Source: a virus (lineage: Duplodnaviria; Caudoviricetes). Taken from it: a DNA stretch of 64,000 bases. Position numbers and translations under genes: made by a program. Positions 47,087 to 56,952 of this stretch are shown one piece after another (the stretch's first letter is position 1; every line of letters starts with the position of its first letter). The DNA is taken from positions 1-64,000 of IMG/VR virus record IMGVR_UViG_3300011868_000001; one strand, 5' to 3'. Below the pieces are notes generated by a model. That model was given only the letters and a program-made list of their open reading frames with translations, ran no database searches and was not told the origin of the DNA.

Positions 47087-47548
47087 TTAGACGGGTTCAA
47101 CCGGTTCATCACCGCCAACTGGCGGGTCTTCCGGAGCAGATTCATCTACCGGCTCTTCATCTTCGGCAGGCAGTGCCTCTTGTTCTTCCTGCTCGAGCAG
47201 CTCTTGTAGACGACGAGCTTCCTCATCACGCTTGTCAGCGAAGTGCACGTACGCCGAGGTCAGCAGGGCTGCCAGCTGCGCAACACTTGCCGTCTGACCA
47301 GAAGACGTACCGTCCGGGTTGAGCACGGCGTACTCTTCGAACAGGTTGGTGTTGTCAATGGCCATCATCAATTCACCTGCTGGTCGACGGAAGATACTAC
47401 CATCGACTTCGACGATCTGTTCTTCGGCGAAGAGCACGCGTGGAATCTGACCGTAGTCATTATAGATGATGATCGATGCTGCCCGTTTCCAGGTATCGCC
47501 GATTGCTTCTTGCTTGTTGTACTTGAAATCCATCGAAGGGATTGTCAT
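47087..47548 (-). CDS. fibre-associated hypothetical protein with acidic tail
   Basis: Directly after long fibre gene. Confidence 0.65.
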   Translation of the reverse strand: MTIPSMDFKYNKQEAIGDTWKRAASIIIYNDYGQIPRVLFAEEQIVEVDGSIFRRPAGELMMAIDNTNLFEEYAVLNPDGTSSGQTASVAQLAALLTSAYVHFADKRDEEARRLQELLEQEEQEALPAEDEEPVDESAPEDPPVGGDEPVEPV

Positions 47549-47573
47549 TTTGTGTTACCTTAAAGCGAATGAG

Positions 47574-49820
47574 TTATTTGGCAACCAGTTCTTCAAACAG
47601 AGCCTGGAGTTCATCGATACGCTGAGTCAAGGTATCGACCTGGGCTTCCAGCGACACAATGCGCTCGCCTTGCGCGATCACAATCTCGTCAAGTTCTTTG
47701 ACGCCTTCTGCCAGCAGTGCAGTGACGTTGCCGTAGCAGATACCCATCTTGCCAGAGCCCGGTTCACCGACCACCACTTCCGGGAGGATCTTGTACATCT
47801 CCTGGGCAATGAACCCAGCCTGAACCTGACCGGTGTCCTTACGGGTGAAAGTCACACCCCGCGTGCGACGGATACGGCTCAGTGCATCAGAGATGAGCTT
47901 GATGTCGGTTTTCAGGCTGAGGTCTGAGTAGGCTGTGATGTTACCGCCTGCATAGATATCGAGCACGACACCCAGACCACCCGATACGCGCAGGGCACCG
48001 GTAGTCGCGCTGGTAGCGTTACTGGTGTTGCTGAACGTAGTCACGCCAGTGACAGTGCCACCGGTGGTGTTGAACTTGGCATCCAACGACGTCTGCAGGT
48101 TGGTGATGGTCGAGATCGCCTGTGCACCGGTGTGGTTAGCACGGTTGAGCAGGGTGGCATCAGTGGAGTTCGCTGTCGCACCTGCCGCAATACCATCGAG
48201 TTTGGATTTGTCAGCCGCGACCATCAGACCTGCCAAGGCAGTAGTGGCTGCGGTCAGCGCAGCGTTACCACCTGTGGAACTCGAAACCGTACCGCCAGTG
48301 GAGGTAGCCGACCAGGACAGGTTCGTGGCAACGTTGACTTGCGCCCCTGCTTGAATTCCATCCAACTTGGACTTATCTGCCGAGGTCAGCAGGCCGGCTG
48401 CAGCGGTAGTAGCAGCCGGTAGCGTAGCGTTGTTACCGGTGGAGCTGGTTACAGTACCCGAGCTGGCTGCTGTGGTGTAGCCAAGATTAGTCCCGCCGAT
48501 GTTGCTCAGTCCGTCGAGTTTGGTTTTATCGGCGGCGGTCATGAGACCCGCTGCCGCGGTAGTGGCTGCTGGCAGGGTCGCGTTGTTGCCAGTCGAGCTA
48601 GTCACCGTACCATTGCTGGCAGCACTGGTATAGCCCAGGTTGGTGGCCACGTTGACCTGTGCCCCAGCCTGGATACCGTCGAGTTTGGTCTTGTCGGCAG
48701 AACCCGCCCACCATGCAGCAATCGCCTGACGGACGCGCTGTGCAGTCCAGGCACGACGAGTGGTGGCTGTGCCGGCTTCAGCTTCAGCTTGTGTGACCGT
48801 TACAGCATTCCATTCACGAGCATCGCTAAGACGTGCATCGGTCGAGTCGACCTTAGCGTCTAGTTCAGTCTGCAAGCCGCTGACAGTGGCGATCGCTTGA
48901 GTGCCCGTGTGTGTGGCACGGTCACGCAACTGAGCATCGGTCGAGTTGGCGGTGGCGCCAGCAGCAATGCCATCGAGTTTGGTTTTCTCAGCACTGGCGA
49001 TCCACCAGGCAACGATAGCTTGACGAACACGCTGAGCAGTAAAGGCACGCCGAGTCGTGGCCGTACCGGCTTCTGCTTCAGCCTGCGTGATGGTGCTGGC
49101 AGTCCACTCGCGGCTGTTGGTCAGACGGGCATCATCATCATTGACTTTGGTGCCCAGCTGAGTTGCAACAGTGGTGGCGAAGTTTGGATCATTACCCAGC
49201 GCCGCGGCCAGCTCGTTGAGGGTGTTCAATGCCTCTGGAGAGGAGTCAACCAGCGCCGCAATCGCAGCATTACAGAAGGCCTTGTATTCGCTCTCGATGG
49301 TTGCCAGTTGTTTACCGTCAAGGGTATCGGCATCCAGACCCGATCCTGCGCCGTCAACCGTGAGCAACTTAGCCAGTACATCAGCTGCCGTGTAGAGCGC
49401 AGCATTGAGTTTGCTGTTAAGGGCGGTATCCAGACCGGTGACCTTGCTGGTAGGTAGGGCCGGAATCCGATCGACATGGAAGGCACCGGTGGTGACTTTG
49501 GCAGCATCTAGCACCGGAATGTCCGCTGCAAGCAGCAGTTCACCTTTGGTGACGCGGCCTTTAGCGTCGACCGTCACTTTAGGGTAGACACCAGGGGCCA
49601 CTGCCGTGTTGGCCAGTGTCAGGGCAATCGAGACATTGGCATCGCCCGATACCGATTGGGTGCCGGTGGCATCGCCGGTGACGATCAGGTTAAAGGGATT
49701 GGTCAGTTTATAGGCGCTGACCGCTGGGGCTGTCTTGTCGAGCTTACTGTCGATCTGATCCGAGATCGACGACAGCAGCCCTGAAAGCTTAAGCTTGAGT
49801 GCTTGAATTTGAGGCGACAT
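47574..49820 (-). CDS. long tail fibre with C-terminal peptidase S74-type intramolecular chaperone
   Basis: VTVDAKGRVT, GSGLDAD.LDG, SPEALNTLNELAAALGNDPNF, internal repeats, YSD..LK..I...GV.F...GFIAQE....LPEVV then coiled coil. Confidence 0.9.
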   Translation of the reverse strand: MSPQIQALKLKLSGLLSSISDQIDSKLDKTAPAVSAYKLTNPFNLIVTGDATGTQSVSGDANVSIALTLANTAVAPGVYPKVTVDAKGRVTKGELLLAADIPVLDAAKVTTGAFHVDRIPALPTSKVTGLDTALNSKLNAALYTAADVLAKLLTVDGAGSGLDADTLDGKQLATIESEYKAFCNAAIAALVDSSPEALNTLNELAAALGNDPNFATTVATQLGTKVNDDDARLTNSREWTASTITQAEAEAGTATTRRAFTAQRVRQAIVAWWIASAEKTKLDGIAAGATANSTDAQLRDRATHTGTQAIATVSGLQTELDAKVDSTDARLSDAREWNAVTVTQAEAEAGTATTRRAWTAQRVRQAIAAWWAGSADKTKLDGIQAGAQVNVATNLGYTSAASNGTVTSSTGNNATLPAATTAAAGLMTAADKTKLDGLSNIGGTNLGYTTAASSGTVTSSTGNNATLPAATTAAAGLLTSADKSKLDGIQAGAQVNVATNLSWSATSTGGTVSSSTGGNAALTAATTALAGLMVAADKSKLDGIAAGATANSTDATLLNRANHTGAQAISTITNLQTSLDAKFNTTGGTVTGVTTFSNTSNATSATTGALRVSGGLGVVLDIYAGGNITAYSDLSLKTDIKLISDALSRIRRTRGVTFTRKDTGQVQAGFIAQEMYKILPEVVVGEPGSGKMGICYGNVTALLAEGVKELDEIVIAQGERIVSLEAQVDTLTQRIDELQALFEELVAK

Positions 49821-49860
49821 GGAAATTCAACCTTAATAAAAGGGTAGCGCACGACTAACG

Positions 49861-51378
49861 TCATGTGCGGAACATTGCTTGCAACACTCGCAGGTTCCTG
49901 GGCAACGACGGCGTGAATTCGACAGCAGCCTGGTTGGGCACTGTCTTAAGATCAGCGAACAGCTGTCGCATCAATTTTACGGGTGTCGCGGTGGGTGCGT
50001 AGCTCTGCAAGGTCTTCAGTGACACCGGCAGTCGCTCAACATCCAGATCAGGCTGGAAACGCTTGACTCTGAGCAAGGCAGTCATGTTCAACGGGGCGGT
50101 CAAGATGATCTTGAACTCATCTCCATTTTTCACCTGGAAGGTTCCAGTGATACCGTTATCCCAAGTCAGACGTGAGCCGACCGATGGCGCGAAGGAAATC
50201 GTTCCAACCCGGACATCTTTGAAATACACAATGCCTGATACCGTTTCCTGCGGGGTGCCGTTGATTACTGCTGAGATGGCAACTACGTTACTCAATCCTG
50301 CGTTGATCTCCTCACCACTGACGACTCCATTCCCCGTACTGATAAACAACACTTGGAAATCCAGCACGTAGTAGTACACCCGAAGAATCTCAACGCTACC
50401 GTCTTTGAGGTTAGCAGCTACTTGAATGGTAGTGCGTCCCTTACCGATTTGGAACGACGGCACGTTGCCCGGCAGATAAGACGGGGTCTGAGCCACGAAC
50501 ACACGGCTCTCGGAGCCGCCTGCATGGATCGATTCAGCGTTGGTCATCCCGGCATAAAGCGGATGATCGCCATAGGTACTGCGCAGGAAGCCAACGTTGA
50601 CTGGGACCCGATTATAGTCCCCTGAGAACCAGCAACCGAATCGTGTCACCACCCGGTTGGCCATGTTGAAAAACCCAGCCCGTGAGGCAATGGCTTCTTC
50701 GATGGTGTTGAGAACAGGGCCGTGGTCGGTCACAACAAACAGTCCGTTGCCTTGTTCACGATAGAGGACCATGGCATCAACCGCTTGCTCGGTGATCCGG
50801 TCAGAACCAGCAGCACTGGTACTGGACATCAGAATGACGCAGGCGTACTGATTCAGTTCGCTCAAAGTCGGATTGAGTCGAGTATTGGGGTAATCGGCTG
50901 CATCTTTGATCGTGAGTTCAAAACCTGCAATCTGGGCCAGTCGAGTAAAGCTCACCGCAAAACCACTGCTGTTGACAGCGTCTTTGACCATGTAACTGCC
51001 AGTGGTCTGATCACCCAAGAGCAGGACCTTACGATTGCCGATGGCTAGCTTTTCAGGATTGGCAATGAAGTTCAGGGTGTTGTAAAGGAACTTGAAGCTT
51101 GCAGGAAGCTGAGCAAACGGTGTCCCTGCGGCTGGCGCCATGCTGTTATAGAACTTTGGAAAACCACCGTCATAGACGACATTGCCCAGACCATCTTGAG
51201 TGACAGCAATAAACGGAACCGGCGGTGAACTGGTGTCGTACGCCACGTACTTGGAAATCGATGGCGCACCCGCATTGACGGTGTACTGTACACTCTCCAC
51301 CTCGCCAGACAGTACGAGGTTGACGGTGGTGGGGTTATCGTAAAACCCCGGCTGCTTATCGAACGATACGTTGGACAT
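49861..51378 (-). CDS. putative tail/virion protein
   Basis: N-terminal P..Y....V.L......I/VQYT.N module, central alpha/beta domain (LNQYACVIL...GNGLFVVTDHG); within tail operon. Confidence 0.6.
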   Translation of the reverse strand: MSNVSFDKQPGFYDNPTTVNLVLSGEVESVQYTVNAGAPSISKYVAYDTSSPPVPFIAVTQDGLGNVVYDGGFPKFYNSMAPAAGTPFAQLPASFKFLYNTLNFIANPEKLAIGNRKVLLLGDQTTGSYMVKDAVNSSGFAVSFTRLAQIAGFELTIKDAADYPNTRLNPTLSELNQYACVILMSSTSAAGSDRITEQAVDAMVLYREQGNGLFVVTDHGPVLNTIEEAIASRAGFFNMANRVVTRFGCWFSGDYNRVPVNVGFLRSTYGDHPLYAGMTNAESIHAGGSESRVFVAQTPSYLPGNVPSFQIGKGRTTIQVAANLKDGSVEILRVYYYVLDFQVLFISTGNGVVSGEEINAGLSNVVAISAVINGTPQETVSGIVYFKDVRVGTISFAPSVGSRLTWDNGITGTFQVKNGDEFKIILTAPLNMTALLRVKRFQPDLDVERLPVSLKTLQSYAPTATPVKLMRQLFADLKTVPNQAAVEFTPSLPRNLRVLQAMFRT

Positions 51379-51390
51379 CTTCCCAGCCCC

Positions 51391-51915
51391 TTAGACAATC
51401 TTCGGCGGCACTGTCACTCGAACGTAACATTCGATGGCCTTACCGGATTCATTGGAGACCATGACGTAACGATTACCCTTGATCCCGTAGACGACGTAGG
51501 CCTGGGCACTGACGAAGGCATTGAGCGTAGGTGAGCCAGCTACAGTGTCTTTAACACGTACCTCAATGTCCACAGCGGTCAGGTCGTACAGCGCAGCGTT
51601 GGTACCAAGCAGCGTCTGTAGATCGTATTGCTTGAGTTGGTCAATGGCCAGGTTGACGGTTTCTTTGACCGGGGTAACGGTCCGCAGTTGTTGCTTGGCA
51701 GCCGCGCTCAGGGCGACTTCCAAAACAACAGTCTCATCTCCGTGAACCATCTCGCTACCGGTGACGTCACCGGTCACACGTAGTTCGAACGGTGCACTCA
51801 ATTTATTGGCACTGACGGCTGCTTCCGTCTTCCCGAGCTTGTCGTCGAGTTTTTCGGAGATTGCTGTGAGCAGCGTCATGAACTTAGCCTTAAAGGCTTC
51901 GATTCTATTTGACAT
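51391..51915 (-). CDS. short fibre-like protein sharing N-terminus with the long fibre
   Basis: First about 70 aa align with 47574-49820 (IS...D.KL.KT..AVSA.KL..PF.L.VTGD.TG). Confidence 0.7.
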   Translation of the reverse strand: MSNRIEAFKAKFMTLLTAISEKLDDKLGKTEAAVSANKLSAPFELRVTGDVTGSEMVHGDETVVLEVALSAAAKQQLRTVTPVKETVNLAIDQLKQYDLQTLLGTNAALYDLTAVDIEVRVKDTVAGSPTLNAFVSAQAYVVYGIKGNRYVMVSNESGKAIECYVRVTVPPKIV

Positions 51916-51990
51916 TTTGTTTACCTAATCGTACGACAAGGGGATATTCGTATTTTTTTACATAGAATTGCCCCAAAATAAAAGGGAGGC

Positions 51991-52034
51991 GACATACATG
52001 CAGGAGGGTCCGAAGACCCTCCTGCATGTATGTC
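51991..52034 (-). terminator. long stem-loop (20-bp stem, UUCG on minus strand)
   Basis: gacatacatgcaggagggtc-cgaa-gaccctcctgcatgtatgtc. Confidence 0.85.
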
Positions 52035-52830
52035 AAGGATAAATGCTGTCTCGCCAAATACGAATCTGGTTTTTACACCAGTACGGGGAACGACCTTTAT
52101 AGGTAATCGGTTTGGGAAATGGAGGTTTATGAGAGGGGACTCGTCCATAACGGTAACGTGACAATGTAGTCGAAGCGATGCCCAGTGCTTTCATCACTTC
52201 AGCGGCTGACAACAGATTACTCCAATCTATCTCATCTGGAAGGCGATCAACATCAACCTGCATGATCTGTCTGATCGCATCCAGCTGTTTATCCCATGTA
52301 CACCCCCATTGAGCTAGTAGATCTATAGCCGTCTGAGACGGTAGTTGACGAATCAATGCCTTGGCCCAGGTGTCGATCTCGCTGATCAAGGTTTTGACCA
52401 GCACAGGCGAACCTCCCTGGACCGGACATCCTTGAGAGTTCAGGCACAACACAGTGCCGACCGGAACAGCCAACGCCCTTAGCATGGGATCAGATACCAC
52501 CAACATTCCAAGTCGGGTGGTTTTATCAGTTACCTCGACGCAGACTCGTTGTTTCTCCGGCGGTCCAAAGACACCATGGTTAGTCGAATGCGTAATCAGT
52601 AGACGATGCAGTTTACGCATGGTCTTACTGTAATCATTCAAGGTTTGTAAAATTTCGGCCCAGTCGTCCAACACCACCGCATTGGTCAGAACTTCTTCCA
52701 GTGCCTCACGACCGGCTTTAACTGACCGAATAACCACCCCGGTCAACAGTTCTATCACGACCCAGCCTTCGAACGGCAGGGATTCAAAGCGACAAATTCG
52801 CTTGTTCGTTACATCGTGAAAATAGATCAC
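52033..52830 (-). CDS. protein with C-terminal AlpA/excisionase-like HTH
   Basis: LLSAAEVMKALGIASTTLSRY......FPKPI...GRSPYW....I..W; GTG start with AAGGAG SD. Confidence 0.7.
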   Translation of the reverse strand: MIYFHDVTNKRICRFESLPFEGWVVIELLTGVVIRSVKAGREALEEVLTNAVVLDDWAEILQTLNDYSKTMRKLHRLLITHSTNHGVFGPPEKQRVCVEVTDKTTRLGMLVVSDPMLRALAVPVGTVLCLNSQGCPVQGGSPVLVKTLISEIDTWAKALIRQLPSQTAIDLLAQWGCTWDKQLDAIRQIMQVDVDRLPDEIDWSNLLSAAEVMKALGIASTTLSRYRYGRVPSHKPPFPKPITYKGRSPYWCKNQIRIWRDSIYP

Positions 52831-52885
52831 GGAATTCTCCTTATCGGTTAAGCGGCATAGAGGCTCCCGAAGGAGCCTCATGTCA

Positions 52886-53119
52886 TCACTGCTTGGAAAA
52901 GATCACCTTACCATGCTGATCGCGGATACGGATGACGCTGTGCTGATCGACACCATGGTCAATAGCGAAATCCTTAAGCGCTCTGATTTCCCAGGCCTTG
53001 GACAAGGCTGCCCGGAGCCTGAACCACGTGCTTACTGAAACCGGGATGTAGTACCCATCGGCCACAATGGTGTAATCGGCACGAGTATCGGCTTTGGGAA
53101 TCATCAATTTTACAGCCAT
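52886..53119 (-). CDS. hypothetical protein
   Basis: ATG 53119 with AAGGAGG SD. Confidence 0.65.
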   Translation of the reverse strand: MAVKLMIPKADTRADYTIVADGYYIPVSVSTWFRLRAALSKAWEIRALKDFAIDHGVDQHSVIRIRDQHGKVIFSKQ

Positions 53120-53132
53120 GACAACCTCCTTG

Positions 53133-53438
53133 TTAACGGAATGCGCCTTCGAGCAGGTCGGCCAGTGCGGCGTAGCCTGGTTCGAAGCCATCAGCGGTGA
53201 TGAACAAGCCATAGCCTGTCGGTAGGCGTGAGACCGGGTCGGGTCCGATATCATTGATCAGCAAGATACGGTGTCGATCGCTCTTTAGGCGATAGGCGTG
53301 GTTCTTCTTGAAGTGCGTGACATCCAAGGCCACCAGGTCTTTGGCTTTCTTGAGCTGGGTACGCAGTCTCACGGTCGCATTGAACAACAGTGCATCGCCC
53401 TCGGTTACATCGTCGTCATCGACATGGTTGTCGGTCAT
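53133..53438 (-). CDS. hypothetical protein
   Basis: ATG 53438 with AGGAG SD, overlapping upstream stop. Confidence 0.65.
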   Translation of the reverse strand: MTDNHVDDDDVTEGDALLFNATVRLRTQLKKAKDLVALDVTHFKKNHAYRLKSDRHRILLINDIGPDPVSRLPTGYGLFITADGFEPGYAALADLLEGAFR

Positions 53439-53800
53439 GCTGGTGCTCCTGTTAGCAGATACTGGGTAATGAACCAGAGGTAGAAATACACCGCCGGGTA
53501 ATTCAGTCCGCAATCGATCATGTGCTGCGCGAGTGACTTGTCGTTCATGGTCACCGGTTTGGTGCTCATGGATATCAGTGAGGTGATATCGGCCTTATTG
53601 ACGGGGTTCCAGCCACCGAATGCCCAAAGGTAGAACCGACCGGCATTGATAAAGGGAATCCGACCAATGCGATACCGCCAGGTCTGATCTACAGCCTTCA
53701 GTTCACCTGAGACCTGAGGGTAAAGGGTGCTGTGAACAACGTACGCGATCAACACGGTGCCAATCAACGCGATAGATGAGATGAGGAAATAGTGCCACAT
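53435..53800 (-). CDS. membrane hypothetical protein
   Basis: N-terminal TM helix. Confidence 0.6.
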   Translation of the reverse strand: MWHYFLISSIALIGTVLIAYVVHSTLYPQVSGELKAVDQTWRYRIGRIPFINAGRFYLWAFGGWNPVNKADITSLISMSTKPVTMNDKSLAQHMIDCGLNYPAVYFYLWFITQYLLTGAPA

Positions 53801-53874
53801 GGTTAACTGCCTAAGGGATGGTAAGGATTCATAGAATCCCTACCGGATGTGTTAAATTAATAACGATTGATGAC

Positions 53875-54390
53875 TCACTCCTTTTCAGGTGTGCAGAATC
53901 GATCAAGCCAGGTTCGTCTGAACTCCCGACGTTTGCGGGTGATCAATCTCCGGATGGACAACTCACCACTGATCACCTGGTGGGTCTCATCGACCGAGAG
54001 CGTGATGTCACCGTAGACAATGACGTTATTGACTGACCAGAAGACCTCGCTGCCGTCCTCACCAAGTTCGGCCTGGAATTTATCCCGGTGGATACCGGTA
54101 ACGTACTCCAATGCCCGAATCAGCTCCGTACCGTAGCCTTTACGACGTAAGGTGGGTTTCACATACGCCATGATCTTGTTGGTGCGCCTATGGTGCACTG
54201 CACAGCCCACCAGCCGACCATTGACTTCAAGGGCGACGACCTTGTACTGAGAGGGTTTGTGGCCGTCCCAGATTTCATCAAGGATGCCGTGCATAGTGCC
54301 CAGCCGACCGTTGTGCAACTCGGCATCAAGACACATTGAAGCCACAGCTACTTGGTCGTTGAACACATACTTAACGACGTCTTCTGTCAT
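53875..54390 (-). CDS. GNAT-family acetyltransferase
   Basis: LVGCA...YVKPTLRRKGYGTELI (R/Q-x-x-G-x-G acetyl-CoA motif). Confidence 0.8.
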   Translation of the reverse strand: MTEDVVKYVFNDQVAVASMCLDAELHNGRLGTMHGILDEIWDGHKPSQYKVVALEVNGRLVGCAVHHRRTNKIMAYVKPTLRRKGYGTELIRALEYVTGIHRDKFQAELGEDGSEVFWSVNNVIVYGDITLSVDETHQVISGELSIRRLITRKRREFRRTWLDRFCTPEKE

Positions 54391-54544
54391 AACCCCCTCG
54401 CTTCATGTGTGGAATGCGTTCTGATCGCGGGCGGTTGACATTGCTGTCCAGCCCCTTGAGCTTGTTCTTAAACCGTTTGGACGTGATCAGCAGGTCGATA
54501 GCATGGCGTTCGTCTGGATGAATGGCGTCGACTACCGGATACAT
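54371..54544 (-). CDS. small basic hypothetical protein (57 aa)
   Basis: Not in track; MYPVVDAIHPDERHAID...GGYDRRRR; strong GAGGAGG SD. Confidence 0.55.
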   Translation of the reverse strand: MYPVVDAIHPDERHAIDLLITSKRFKNKLKGLDSNVNRPRSERIPHMKRGGYDRRRR

Positions 54545-54640
54545 TTCGCACCCTCCTCTATTTTCGTTTTCAGCTTATCGATGATGTCGACATAACGGGC
54601 CGACAAGGACGCCGGCTGCGCCCTTGACGACCTCGTCAGC

Positions 54641-54910
54641 TTATTGTTGCGGCACGGTCAGATCAATCACAGGGCCGGTACCCCATTGATCGTAACGGCG
54701 CTTGAGGTGCACATAACGCTCGGTCATCTGCAACTGGGTACTCAGACGTTCGTAGGCAGGATCACTGGTCGGTGTACTGGCCAAGACACTACGATACCAC
54801 TTGATGTCCTCCTCCATGTCATGTAATTCACAGCCATGAAGCGAATGGCTGTTGTATTCATCATACTGCTCTGGAGTCAGAGGACCGGTGTTCTCGACAT
54901 CATGTTCCAT
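54641..54910 (-). CDS. hypothetical protein
   Basis: Start moved to ATG 54910. Confidence 0.55.
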   Translation of the reverse strand: MEHDVENTGPLTPEQYDEYNSHSLHGCELHDMEEDIKWYRSVLASTPTSDPAYERLSTQLQMTERYVHLKRRYDQWGTGPVIDLTVPQQ

Positions 54911-55586
54911 GGTTATTCTCTTGGGTGTCTGATGGGGTGCGCACTGCAGCGAGGGCTTCTTGAAGATCACGCAGAGGCACTCGCCATTTGTGATTGCCAT
55001 CGAGATGATAGGTAAATGGGTAGAAGAATTCGTCGAAGTCTTCGCGGGTCATCCACAGCGTCTCGCCTGTTTTGAGGGGTCGACTGAAACACTCCCCCTC
55101 ATCGAGTTTGATGGAGGCGACATACCGTCCGTGGTGTAGATTATCATGGGCGGTGTTGATACGCACCTCCATACCGCTTTGCAAAACTGCTCTGATTGGC
55201 GGGGCGTCCTGTTGACGGGCTTTGGCAGCGATCATCATCTGATGCGCTGTCCAGTCTCCATATGGTCGGTCCTTATCAACCGGCTGCATCGCTTCGGCGA
55301 TGTCGGTATCGGTGTGTTCTCCAATGGTGACTTTGATCAGTGTCTTAGAACCTCGTCCCAAGCAATGTCTGAGGCTTCCGGCAGCGGCACCGATTGCAAA
55401 CTCATTGGTTGACGAGCCACGGTTGGTGTCGATCAAATATTGTAGCCAGCGGATCTTGGTGGCCAGGTCTTCGAAGTTTGGTTCATAGTCTTTGACGCAT
55501 GAACGACAGAGGCCAAACGCATTCAGCGAGAAGGGATTCGAGACGTGCTTACACTCTATGCACGCGGCTGGCTCGAGAAAATTCAT
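54900..55586 (-). CDS. hypothetical protein with N-terminal CxxC..CxxC
   Basis: CIEC...CRSC; GGAG SD. Confidence 0.6.
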   Translation of the reverse strand: MNFLEPAACIECKHVSNPFSLNAFGLCRSCVKDYEPNFEDLATKIRWLQYLIDTNRGSSTNEFAIGAAAGSLRHCLGRGSKTLIKVTIGEHTDTDIAEAMQPVDKDRPYGDWTAHQMMIAAKARQQDAPPIRAVLQSGMEVRINTAHDNLHHGRYVASIKLDEGECFSRPLKTGETLWMTREDFDEFFYPFTYHLDGNHKWRVPLRDLQEALAAVRTPSDTQENNHGT

Positions 55587-55694
55587 GGCTGGTACTCCGA
55601 TATATAGGTTAGGTTCTCCCGAATGATGTATGATCAAGAAAAAATCCATTACACTTAAAGGCCCGAGGGAATCCCTCGGGCTCAGTATGTCGCG

Positions 55695-55988
55695 CTACAT
55701 CGATCCAAACCCGAAGTTACCGTCTGCACTTATGCAGCTGGCACTGATCTCGGTTTTACCGCCCACCGCCGGACGGAATTCAATCCGCACCTCGTATTGC
55801 TCAGTATCCCCGACGCATTCGGTGATGACGACGTCCCCATCCCCTTGTTGTTCCCTGTACTCATTGAGCTTGCTGATGGTGAAGTCACCTTCAAGGGTTT
55901 CGACGCACTCTGCGCGCCAATCCACCTGCGGGTCTTCCTTGAGGGCCAGCAGGTCAGCACGGGTCATTGTCTGCGGGATCTTGATCAT
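55695..55988 (-). CDS. hypothetical protein
   Basis: Overlap-coupled small gene. Confidence 0.6.
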   Translation of the reverse strand: MIKIPQTMTRADLLALKEDPQVDWRAECVETLEGDFTISKLNEYREQQGDGDVVITECVGDTEQYEVRIEFRPAVGGKTEISASCISADGNFGFGSM

Positions 55989-56239
55989 GATTTGCTTCCT
56001 CTATGTTCGGGTGGGTTATCACGATAATGCATGGCTGCCATGTCCATGCCTTTGTCGGTCAGGAGATTCGACTGACGTTTGGTGTAATCTTTCTTGGCTA
56101 CACCGATCATGATGAGCTCGGTCATCCCTGCTTTACTGGGAAGGTCACCATCTTCCTGAGGACCGTAGAAATGCAGCTTATCCAAGACGTCAAGCGCACC
56201 GGCACTGACTTTGATGTCACCTATCTGATAATCAGTCAT
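55985..56239 (-). CDS. hypothetical protein
   Basis: Overlap-coupled small gene. Confidence 0.65.
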   Translation of the reverse strand: MTDYQIGDIKVSAGALDVLDKLHFYGPQEDGDLPSKAGMTELIMIGVAKKDYTKRQSNLLTDKGMDMAAMHYRDNPPEHRGSKS

Positions 56240-56445
56240 ACCAGCCCCACAGGATCGCGTGTAACAAGGTGTGGGTTATATGGATCGTTGACCTTAACCG
56301 TGTGGGTCTTTACGATGGGTTTGGGTTCGGGTTTCGGTTCAGGGGGCGGAGGAGGTGTTTGACTCTGACCTAGGGCAGGTAGAGTCACGCAGACAGACAC
56401 ACTCAGGCCAAGTAGCTTGAGTAATTTACGTCGTTGCATGGTCAT
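56236..56445 (-). CDS. small protein with twin-arginine-like signal and Pro-rich tail
   Basis: MQRRKLLKLLGLSVSVCVTLPALG then TPPPPPEPKPEPKP; AAGGAG SD. Confidence 0.65.
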   Translation of the reverse strand: MTMQRRKLLKLLGLSVSVCVTLPALGQSQTPPPPPEPKPEPKPIVKTHTVKVNDPYNPHLVTRDPVGLV

Positions 56446-56451
56446 GACTCC

Positions 56452-56952
56452 TTAAACGGTGGCTGGGGTGTTATCGATAGCGTTGAGATGGAAATTCTCG
56501 CCGTCGAATTCGAAAACGAAATCCTTGTGCAGGAACTTACGCACCGGCACCTTGACACTGATAGCACCGAGTAGATTACACAGGTACATGCGTTGCGCCA
56601 GGCCCTGTATATTGACTGCGTAATCGTAACGACCGCAGTTCTCGGTGACGATATTGATAAGTGCTGTCTGCCGACTGACGATGATCTTGAAACTGCTATA
56701 GATTGGTGTCTGCAGCAGACAGATGATCTTCCGGTCAGCGAAGATATCGCACACTGCATTCAATGCCTCGTGCATCGTCAAAGTGTGCGAGCCATTGAAT
56801 AGATTGACCAGACGGGTCAGCACTTCGACCGAGACCTTACCAAACTCGGTGAAGTCAATCATTGCCTCATTGGATTGCTCATCCGGTTTCATAGCCTGGA
56901 GGAAGGGTTCGAGCGTGTCAAAATATTCTTTTACTTCTGCCCGCATGGTCAT
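56452..56952 (-). CDS. hypothetical protein
   Basis: ATG 56952 with AAGGAG SD. Confidence 0.65.
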   Translation of the reverse strand: MTMRAEVKEYFDTLEPFLQAMKPDEQSNEAMIDFTEFGKVSVEVLTRLVNLFNGSHTLTMHEALNAVCDIFADRKIICLLQTPIYSSFKIIVSRQTALINIVTENCGRYDYAVNIQGLAQRMYLCNLLGAISVKVPVRKFLHKDFVFEFDGENFHLNAIDNTPATV

